The position numbers and the translations under genes are program-made. Positions 50,839 through 64,000 of a stretch of 64,000 nt of DNA are shown here, one piece after another. Each line of letters opens with the position of its first letter. The first letter of the stretch is position 1. The notes under the pieces were generated by a model that did not search any database, was not told where the DNA came from, and worked only from the letters and a program-made list of their open reading frames with translations. This DNA is from the human T2T-CHM13v2.0 reference genome, Homo sapiens, in the NCBI RefSeq assembly GCF_009914755.1, contig NC_060940.1; one strand, given 5' to 3'.

Positions 50839-52586
50839 CCTTCCAAAGCTACCATCTCCAAATACCATTACATTGGGGATTAGGTTTCAACATATAAATT
50901 TTGGGAGGACACAGACATTCAGACCATAGCAGTAGGCAGAGAAAGGGGATGTCCTTCCAGGTTGGGACAATAGGACACACAAGGGTGTGGTGGTGTCAAC
51001 ACGTGGCATGTACCCTATATTATCACTGGGCCACCAAGATACATTGGACACAATCCTTATGTTCCAGGAAGTCGTGGTTTGGTAGGGAGACAAACCCGTC
51101 AACAGAGAAACACCAAACAGTGCAAGGAGCTTTGGCCAAGCGCAACCAGAGGAGGGGATGTTGGTGCCCCCATGGGTAAGAGCATCAGTGCACGGGGAGT
51201 GTTTGGCCAAGACTGTGACCCTTAAGGTACAGATGTTTGCCTAAGCGGGAGATCAGCTGTCATTGTCTTAGTCTTGCAGATGAGAAGTGTGAGGCCTGGA
51301 GAAGTGCAGCCACCTGGCTGGGGTCACAAGTTAACAAAATAGCTGCAGCACTGTTTGCACCCAGGCAGTTGTTTCGGAGATGCCAAGGGATGCTTCCAGC
51401 ACGGTGAAGGCAGGATAAGGGGTGGAGGGAGCTCGGCCATGGAGGGTCCATGGCTTCTCAGGCACCTAGTTGGTGAGTCTTCGGGGCAGCCTGGTTGCAT
51501 GTGCTCTTCCCTGTTCCCAGCTCATTCCTTCTGTTTCCATTAGGATGGCTTGCTGCCTGTTCCCAGGGAGTTTTCAGCTCTTGTTCTAAGATGCAAAGTA
51601 CTGAAGGCCCCTTTTAGAGCACACTCTGCCCCACACCTGATACGCTGTGGCCCACTTCTTTCTATTTCAAGAAATGAGGTGGAAATAGTGTTGGCCACAT
51701 GGTCACTTTGTACCATGCACTGGGCTAGGCATGGTCATACGTATCTTCTTATTCAGTCTTGTCAAGACACTGCAGGACGAATAACCTCAGCCCTTGCCCA
51801 CTTTACAGATGTGGACATTGAGATTCAGAGGTTAAATAGCTCAGCCAGGGTCACACATTTAGTATTTGCTGAGGAAATTGTTCAAGGCCAAGGTGGTCTG
51901 CCCTCAGAGCCTGTTTTCCCATGCCTGTATCATGCTGCCATTCACAAGGGACACTGAGGTCCTGCTTCACTGTTGACACTTATCTTTCACGTTCTTTGAC
52001 TTACGGGATCCCACAGGGGCTGCCACGTCCCGATTTTACGAGACAGATTACTGAGACTCTGATGATGACTCAGCCAAGGTCACATGGCCAGTAAGGTAAT
52101 AGGCCCTGAATTCAAATCTGGATCTGACTCCCCATCCTGAGCTCCTTCACCAGGTTACATGACCCTCAACTTACAGACGCTTGCCTGCGTGGGAGTCCAG
52201 GTGTCATCACTGTCTTAATCTTGCAGATGAGAAGCCTGAGGCTCAGAGAAGTGCAGCCACTTGCCCGGGGTCACACAGCTGGTAGAACAGCTGCAGTGCT
52301 GTTTGCACCCCGGTCGCCTTAGTCTAATCCCCATTGGGTCCCCCGCCACCCTGCCCAGCCTGTTCCCTCTGGACTGCGGCCTGCCTTTCCCTCTGTGTGC
52401 TAGAGAAGGCTGGGCACAGGTGGTGTTGTTGTTTATTCACCGAGTATCAACAGAGCACTTACTGTCTGCTAAGTGCTCTTCTAGCACAGGAGACTCAACA
52501 GGAAGCAAAACAACATCCCTGCCCTCATGGGGTTTATATTCTAGCAGTGAGGACAGAAGACAAACACATGGTGTGTGTAGGGCTAG

Positions 52587-52976
<390 letters not shown>

Positions 52977-53104
52977 TGAAGCTGTAAGGAAAGCTCCTCC
53001 TCCTCGTTCAGGGTAACCTGGAGGGCAGAGCTGAACAGACTAAGAGGGAAGCCAGGCAGCAAGAACAGGCAGTGCAAAGGCCCTGCCTGGGAAGAGGCAG
53101 ATGA

Positions 53105-53299
<195 letters not shown>

Positions 53300-53427
53300 T
53301 AGCCACTGCGGCCACCCCCCTTGCAGCTGCTTCTTGGAGCCCTGCTGGGAGCTCTGAGAATACGCCTGTCTTGTTCCCATTTTTAGTCAAGTGAGTTTTT
53401 GCTATGTGAATTTACCTTCCTTCTTAA

Positions 53428-53730
<303 letters not shown>

Positions 53731-54187
53731 AACTTTATTTTCCTTTTGCATTTTTAATGTTTTATTTTGAAATAATTTTAGATTAAATATATTTACACAC
53801 ACAAATAGTATGGGATATTCCCATCTACCCTTACCAAGCTTCTCCAAATATTATTAACATCCTACATAACCATAGTATAATTAGCGCAATCAGGAAATTA
53901 ACATTGGTACAATACTAATAACTAGTTTATAGATGGTATTTCATTGTTGCCACTGTGTTCACTCAGGCTATTTTCCTGTTTCAGGATCCAGTACCCGGTG
54001 CTGCCGTGCATTTAGGTTGTCCTGACTCCTTCGTGTCCTCCAACTGGGGGTCGTTCCACCAGAAACCTTATTTTTCAGACTTTAATGCTGCCTCTATCCC
54101 TTTACCTAATGTGTATATCCATTTTGAGTATATTTTTACATGTCCGTTCTTATATCCTAGATACAACATACATATCAAAGGCAATAT

Positions 54188-54491
54188 TTATTTATTACTT
54201 ATTTATTTATTTTAGATAGTCTTGCTCCATTGCCCTGGCTGGAGTGTGGTGGTACGATCTTAGCTCACCACAGACTCCACCTCCCGGTTGAAGTGATTCT
54301 TGTGCCTCATCTTCCCAAGTAACTGGGACCACAGATGTGCACCACCATGCCCTGCTAATTTTTGTAGCCTTAGTAGAGATAGTGTTTCGCCATGTTGGCC
54401 AGGCTGGTCTTGAACTCCTGATCTCAAGTGGTCTGCCCGCCTTGGCCTCCCGAAGTGCTAGGATTACTGGCGTGGGCCACTGTACCCAGCC
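54188..54491 (-). mobile_element. AluS-like
   Basis: GGCAATATTTA on both flanks. Confidence 0.9.
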
Positions 54492-54525
54492 AAAAATGGC
54501 AATATTTAAGTAAAGAATTAAGTTG

Positions 54526-54916
<391 letters not shown>

Positions 54917-55452
54917 TACAAATAAAAACGTTATTAAAAAAAAGAGTTTCTGCATACCCTGCACCCAGCCTCCTCTCACATTAACGTCATGCATGACAAT
55001 AAAACAGTGACCAAAGCTAAGAACTTAACACTGGTACTTTACAATAAAACCAGAGACTAAATTTCATCGGGGAAAAAAAAAAAGAAGTCATTAAGCCACA
55101 AATAAATATTGAACGTAAGGTCTCCAGACAAACTGGCTGGGAAATCCTGAAAGTTTTAAAAGGTAGATGGAATAGAAAAGAAAATGATGAGGAGTTGTAC
55201 CTACCTTAGACTCATGGATCTAAAAAGTCCAAAAAGAAGCTCAAATACCAAAAGAAGCTCAAAATGCATCGATATTTTAAAAAAGAAATGCCTTGTAAGG
55301 AATTGAATTCAGAGAATTCGCCATAAATGTCTATGAAACTGGGAAAAGCACATCCATAGTAGATGCTGGGGTGACGCCCTGCAGGGCTCCTGGGCTCCAC
55401 AGTTGATGAGGTAGAGGACTTGGGGGGCACTAATACCAGTTTCACTTTCTAG

Positions 55453-55788
<336 letters not shown>

Positions 55789-56183
55789 TAGATGGAGGCC
55801 GGTGCTCTGGCTTGGTCCCATGCTTTCCTGTTGCCCTCTCCTCCAGCTGTGGTCATCTTTCCCGCTGTTTATTTCTGCAGCCCCCAGGGCCTCATGGCTC
55901 TCAGACTTCCCATAGAACAGAATGGAGGGCTTTGCTGGGAACCGTTCACTGCATGTCTCAGGATGCCAGGAGGCCACCATAAATGAGGGCTCTCAGGAGT
56001 GGGAGGCAGGCAGAGGAGGGTAGCAGGTGCTGTTTTCCCATACCCCTTCGGGTGGGGACCAGCTGAGGCTGGCCTCTCTATGTTATCTGGTACCCTGGGT
56101 CAGGGTGAGACAGAAGGACCTGTCTAGTGATGCTGGGGTTTGGTCCAAGGCTTTCAGAAACCCCTCCTCTCTTTGCGGCCCAG

Positions 56184-56359
56184 GATATACCCCCTACAGA
56201 ACTACATTTTGGGGAGAAATGGTTCCACAAGAAGGTGGAGAAGAGGACGAGTGCCGAGAAGTTGCTGCAGGAATACTGCATGGAGACGGGGGGCAAGGAT
56301 GGCACCTTCCTGGTTCGGGAGAGCGAGACCTTCCCCAATGACTACACCCTGTCCTTCTG
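56184..56359 (+). CDS. PLCG2: PLCG2 exon 17 (176 nt), linker and nSH2 (FLVRES motif)
   Basis: gcccag|GATATAC...CTTCTG|gtaatg; [58 protein letters not shown]. Confidence 0.97.
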
Positions 56360-57202
56360 GTAATGCCCCCGACCCAGGGAACGCCTACCTTCTTCTCCAT
56401 GCCAACCGATGAGGCAGGGTGGCGAGTGGTTCTAGCTCAGGCAGGAATTGGGCAGGCTGGGACCTGAATCCCAGGCTTCATTTGTCTAGCTCTTCTAGGC
56501 CGGGACAAGGGTGAGGTGGGTATGACTCACTTCGGCACTGTAACCCAGATTAATGAGATTTCAGGGCAATCTTTTAAAAAATCAAAAGTAATGCAAAAAA
56601 GTCTGTGATGAACAAAATATGAACATTTTAAACAAAGACAAGATCTGACCCTACTCTTAGATGATGTGGTCTCACTCACTTTCCCCGATCCCAGCCCTGG
56701 AGTGGGTCATGTGGCTCTGGATGATTCAGCCAACCTTCTAGCATCTCTGTCTCCTCCATAAAACGAGGACTCTAGGGCTGTCCTTTTGAAGCCGTCATAG
56801 GCTGTGATGAGCTTGTGCATTCATTCATCCACCCACTTATCCATGTCTCAGTGCATTAAAAGATACTTCTTGAGGGCGTGCCCTGTGCTAGACACAGTAC
56901 TTATGCCAGACAGACAATGTCTTTGTCCTCCTGGACACTAGCGTCTTTTGAAGGAGATGGGCAATGAAAAAGCAGTCACTCAAATGATTTGCAAGTATAG
57001 TTGTGATGAGTGCAATGAAACAAGGCAACATAAAGGGACATCCCTCCCTTTATTGGGGGGGTTTAATGTGAGTTGGGGGGATTTGTGAAAGTCTGTGAGG
57101 AAGGCTCTGATGCCCTGACGTGGGGAATGGTTAGGAAAACCTTCCTGAAAGAAGATGAGACCTGAAAGAGGGAAATTATAATTCTGTCACTTAAAAAAAA
57201 AT

Positions 57203-57480
57203 TGTGATAGGGTCTTGCTCTGTTGCCTAGGCTGTAGTACAATGGAGCAGTCTCAGTCACTGCAGCCTCAAACTCCTGGGCTCAAGCAACCCTCCTATCT
57301 CAGCCATTTAAGTAGCTGGGACTACAGGCACATGCCACGACACCTGAATAACTTTTAAATTTTTTGTAGAGCTGGAGTCTCACTACGTTGCCCAGGCTGG
57401 TTTTGAACTCAGCTCAAGCAATCCTCTGGCTTCGGCCTCCTGAAGTGCTAGGATTACAGCTGTAAGCCATTGCACCTGGC
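57203..57480 (-). mobile_element. AluJ-like
   Basis: J motifs. Confidence 0.88.
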
Positions 57481-57799
57481 TGAAAATTAGAATACTAATA
57501 ACACGCAAATAATCCTGGACACCTAAATGATGCTTACCATGTGCTGGGCAGTATTCGAGACACCTTGTGTGTGTGGTCTCGTTTACTCTTCAGGATGCCT
57601 CTTTGAGGTGGATACTGTTATCATTCCTGTCAGACCGCTGGGGTAGTAATACAGTGTGGCTCAGACAGCACGGGTGACCTGCTCCAGGACACTTGGTTCA
57701 TATGTGGCAGAGCTGGGATTTGAATCCAGGCATCCTGGCTCTAGAGAAGCAGTTATATATATAAAAGGGGGATGGGGTGGGGTGGGGGGGGGGAAGTAG

Positions 57800-58204
<405 letters not shown>

Positions 58205-58222
58205 TAATGTCCCCGCCTCTGA

Positions 58223-58531
<309 letters not shown>

Positions 58532-59217
58532 TAGCTCCACCAGGCAGAGAAGCTGGCCTGGTGGTTCAGCCGGGCCAGTCCCCCAGGACACCCTCTCCCC
58601 AGCCCACCGGCATCTCAAAATTGCCGAGGTGGCCAGTTTCCAAATTCCTGGCACCATGACCTGTGTCCTTTTCTCTTTTCTTTCTTTCCTCCCCTTTTCT
58701 CTTTTCCCTTTCTTCTACTTTGTCTTCATAGCCCCGAGACTTTGGGCTTTGATTTTCAGAGGGTCATTTTGGCCTGGGGATATTCTCTTACCTTTCAGAG
58801 CTCCTTCCTGTTTGTTCTGAAAATGAACAAGGAAACAATGATTATAAGAGTCTCCCGCTGATTTTTTTTATCTAGTGAAATGAGTATCAAGGTAGGTCTT
58901 GCGAAGGGTCAACAAATTCTGGGAATAAAGAAAAAACAATTTTTAGGCAGAAAGCTGCAAAAATGTACATTTCCGAGGAGGCCGTATTACTTATAGCAAC
59001 TTTTTTTTTCACTTTTTCTGTCACATTTTCCTATGGATTGCCTCTTAAAACTTGCTATTTCTTATCTTAAGAAATAACCCGAAAACAACCCAAAACCTTG
59101 TGAAACTCCTGCTGTGATCTCCGTCTTCGATTTTCTGAGACACGTGGCAATAACTGTGCCTCCCTGGGAGCCTGGCTTTTCAGGTTTGGGCTGCTTGGGT
59201 GGATGAAGATGAATCAA

Positions 59218-60138
<921 letters not shown>

Positions 60139-60369
60139 CAATGTATTATTTTGGGCTTGAAACAGACCCCTGGGGTCTTCCACTATTCTTTTCACAAATT
60201 CTCTTTGCTGAGGTGCCTTTGTCTGGGGAAGCCCACTGTGTGATTTCCATGGTCGTTTCCAGGGCCAGGTTCCAGGTGTCACTGGTGCCATTATCTTGTC
60301 CTCTGCGGGTGGCCCACTGACAGCCTGGAGACCGCTCACCTGGTCGTTTTCCCTGGCCCTGTGCCGCAG

Positions 60370-60489
60370 GTGGTACTATGACAGCCTGAGCCGCGGAGAG
60401 GCAGAGGACATGCTGATGAGGATTCCCCGGGACGGGGCCTTCCTGATCCGGAAGCGAGAGGGGAGCGACTCCTATGCCATCACCTTCAG
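60370..60489 (+). CDS. PLCG2: PLCG2 exon 19 (120 nt), cSH2 N-half
   Basis: ccgcag|GTGGTAC...CTTCAG|gtgggt; [39 protein letters not shown](R). Confidence 0.97.
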
Positions 60490-63400
60490 GTGGGTGCGAG
60501 GGTGGGAGGCACATGCTCTACAGAGGGGCTTGGCAAGGACAGATGCGGAGAGACAAGGGGGAACTTCAGGTGGAGGCTCACCTGCAGTGCCCTGCCCCCC
60601 CAGCATCAGCGACAACAACAACCACCACAGCAAAAGCCGCTGCGAGAATGTGCGCTCCTGCGTGCCAGGCACAGTCTGCGTTCTCCAGGGCAGGATGTTC
60701 TGTAGTAACTCACTTTGGCTTCCAGTAACTCTGTGGGGTTGACATGACCATGATCCGTGTTTCTCAGAGGAGGAAACTGAGGCACAGCAAGATTAAGTAA
60801 CTTGCTGAAGCATGCAGCCACTAAGTGGTGGGGCTGGGATTCGAGCCCAGACAGCCCAGGCAGCCCAGGCCTGTGATGATACAGATCTGGTTTCCTCCCA
60901 ACTGCAGCTGCAGCCCAACCACCTCTAGGCCTGTGGTTCTCTAATGTTACCCCAAAACGCCAGATTCTCCCACTTCCACTAATGACAAGGAGCCGAGGAG
61001 TGACTCAGACTCCGTGTAGCCTACTGTCCCTCCATCTCCCCAGCCCCAGGGTTTCCCTGCATGTTCTTACGGTGGTAACAGTCTGCTATATGTTGAGTTC
61101 CTAACCGTGTTCTAGACACTGGACTGCCTTCAAGGCCTCATCTGATTGAATCCTTTGCTACAGCCTGTGAGAGGTAGGTCTAGTTATTGCAAGGGAGGAA
61201 ACAGGACCAGAGAGGTTAAGTGACCTGCCTGGAGTCACACAGCCTCATAGTCAACTGAGTTTGAGGTTCAGATGCAGGCCTGTCCGTCTCCAAAGCCTAA
61301 GCTCTTCACTCCAGAGTCTCTAGACAGAGGCCTGGGGGCCAAATCTCCAGCCAGAGGCCTGTGGGCGTCTTTTGTACACTGATGTGAAAAACTGAGAAAT
61401 TTCACTGAAAAACTCAGATTGCTTCTTGTGAAAAATGGGAGGCAGTGGATGCTCTGGGCCTGTGTTTCCACATGGGCGCGGTGGTGCTGGCTGCATGGCA
61501 GCTACTGTGGGGTGTGTGGTTTGCCCCTGTCCACTCCTCTCCCCATTCCCTCTGCCCTGATCCCATCCCCTGGTGACCCTGCCAGGCTGCCCCCTGGGCG
61601 TTTGGATTTCCCTTCCTCCTTGCCTGCACCACTATGCCTGAGCCACCTCCCTGGGGACCGTGGTGACGGTCATTATCACTATAGTTTACTGAGGACCTAC
61701 TGTGTACTGGCTCCAGCCAGAGAGCAGCCTCCCACCAGCATGGCTTTTCTGTACTCTCTGTTCCCAAGAGGGTGACCTGGGCTTCTCAGCATTGGTGCCT
61801 CTGCCCTTTGCTCTTTCCCCTAAGCCTCTTAGTGGTACCTCCTCAGCCTGGATGGGGAGGAGGTGTGTTCAGTCCGCTGCACACGGATTGAAAACCTGCT
61901 GTGTGCCAGGCCCCAGGTGGGGTGTTGGCACTCCCACTGTGCTGTCATCCTGTGCAAATGATGGCAACTAAACCCAACTGGCTGAAACTGAGGTGCCCAA
62001 GCGGTGAGACAGCTCTGACACAACCGGATCGGGGCCTCACCTGATGATGGTCAGGATGCCACCTGTATGTGCATGCTGGCGTTACTCTCCATCAGCTTCT
62101 GTCTCAGGTGGCTGTACCTTGGGCTGCCAGGACAGTGTCCGGCAGAAAGGATGGCCCCCTCCCTGAGCCAGGTGGCATGATTCTGACAGGCCATCTGGGG
62201 ATGGGGTTGGGGTCACTTCAATGGGACCGCGTGAATGAAGAGGTTGGGTGGGTCCTCAGGTTGATTGCCTGACTTACATACACGCCCCATTCAGTTTGTG
62301 AGCCTGTCTTCCCCATGAGATTGGAGGTGTCTTGAGAATGGAAGTTTTTATTTTTTAGAAGTTAATAGATGTTTGGTGAGCACCTACTGTGTGCCGGGCC
62401 CTGTGCTGGGCTCCAGAGATGCAGGAGTGATAAAAACAGCCCAGTCCTTGCTCTCTCAGGCTAATGGTCTGGCAGGGATGAGAGACATCGCCTTACTCCA
62501 AGTGTTTCTTGCTTTTGACCTGTTCCTGCTTATGTAACATTGGCTGGGATGTAGTTGGTGGTTGGTGAATGCTGGCTCAGTGAATCAATCAGCAAGGATG
62601 GCCGCTCCCCACCTCACCCCATGGCCCACTGTCAGGGAAGCTCAGTCCACACAGTGTTTCTCAAAGAGTTGGGGTGTGAGGACTGATCCTGTTGTATTTG
62701 GATGTTGAACTTCCCTGGTCTCTACCCACTGCATGTCTGTCTGGGACCCTAAGTCATTGTAACAATCAAAAATAACATCCCTGCCCCAGGACACACACTT
62801 TTTCAAACCCTCTCTGGTCAGGGTATGGGGTGAAGCGTCACTGTCCTTCACTGAGAAGCACTGAGGAGGTTTGAGCACATAAGGAAATCAGTGTAGTATT
62901 TTGTGATGAGTGCTACAAAGGGATTGGTCAGGCAGGGTGGTGGAGGGTGAGTAGCTCTCCAGGGAAACGGATGGGGAATTTGGACCAGGCAGTAGGGGAA
63001 CACAGGTCTGCAGCAACTTCTCCTTGCCCTCTACATATTTGTAAAGTGCCTCTCCTGTGCCAGGCACTGTTCTGGGCTCTGGGGATGTGTAATGAACTTC
63101 TGGATAGATTTCCCCAGTAGAGGAGAAACACCTGCTTTCAAATCCACAAAGGAAGTGTTGAGTTGTTGCCCGGCTGTGATTGGTGGAAGGCATCTCTTGG
63201 GCAGTGAAGCTGAGACCTCAGGCTGTGGCCGTGGCATCCACGCTCCAGGAGGATGGAAGATGCAACTCGTATTCCAGACCTGTTCCCATCTCCCCTTCTG
63301 ATTCTCTTTTCTCCCAGGGAAGTTAGTTGTGGGTTGATTTCATTTATGTTTTCCAAACCATTCACTTACTGAGTCCTGCCTGAGTGCCAGACACTGTGCC

Positions 63401-64000
63401 GACAGCTTACCCTGAATAAGCTAATAGACGATGATCCTAATGCTCCCCATGCGACGGGTTGTGGATCCCCGATGCTGTGGATCGGGAAGCTGAGGCTTAG
63501 GGGTCCCCTGTGGAAGGAGCCGGAACCTGACCTTGGCTCTGTACCTCGGCACCCCAGAGCCCCCCTGCCTGCCCTGAGGAGCTCTTATAAAAAGTTTTAA
63601 AATTAATTTTTAATTACATGAATATTGCAGGAGGATATTCTCTCTATAAAAAATTAAGACATTACAGTGAAGGCTAAAGCCCCCTGTGGTCCTTCTAATC
63701 TCAGTAGAGAGGTCCTGGTAGAAAGCACAGTTTTCTAGCTGGTGTGTCCATCCAGACATTTAAAAAATATGTACATATTTATACATGTCTGTATCTATGG
63801 AAAATATATGGTGCCATTTTGTGTCTGGGTATTTTCATTCTATTTTTAGAAAATACAAATGGGAACATTCTGCAGCTTTTCTACTCAGCAGTGTTTCTTT
63901 TCTTTCCTCTGTTTTTTTAGAAGGAATAAATATTTAATAAAATATCACTGGAAATAAACCACTGAAGCAGAAGTCTTCTAGCATTTTGTTTTTACAGGAC

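Larger units (their letters stand above)
50042..50932 (-). mobile_element. MLT1A-like LTR hosting a THE1 insertion and a minisatellite
   Basis: TTTCTCACGGTTCTGGAGGCTGGAAGTTCAAG; CATTGGGGATTAGGTTTCAACATA; GACATTCAGACCATAGCA. Confidence 0.8.

Overview
Primate, almost certainly human, genomic DNA from the interior of PLCG2 (phospholipase C gamma 2) on the + strand. Seventeen GT-AG coding exons (exons 3-19 by usual numbering; 1,861 nt, about codons 65-685) splice in frame. They encode the end of the PH domain, the EF-hand region, the catalytic X box, the N-half of the split PH domain, nSH2 and the start of cSH2. The introns are dominated by Alus (about 35, several nested or with visible target-site duplications), MaLR and ERV1 LTRs, hAT and Tigger DNA transposon fossils, and L1/L2/MIR fragments. 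Less routine items: an antisense, poly(A)-tailed 28S rRNA retro-fragment; a ~20 x 57-bp VNTR with higher-order structure; two minisatellites that arose inside MLT1 LTRs; a six-E-box array after exon 9; a strong cryptic acceptor after exon 10 reading into an LTR8; and a nested Alu cluster with an (AATT)8 palindrome before the PLAID-relevant exon 19. I see no convincing evidence of a wholly new biological system. Nearly all supplied ORFs are repeat-derived artefacts. Exon and residue numbers and repeat subfamilies come from recall and by-eye comparison, not database searches.
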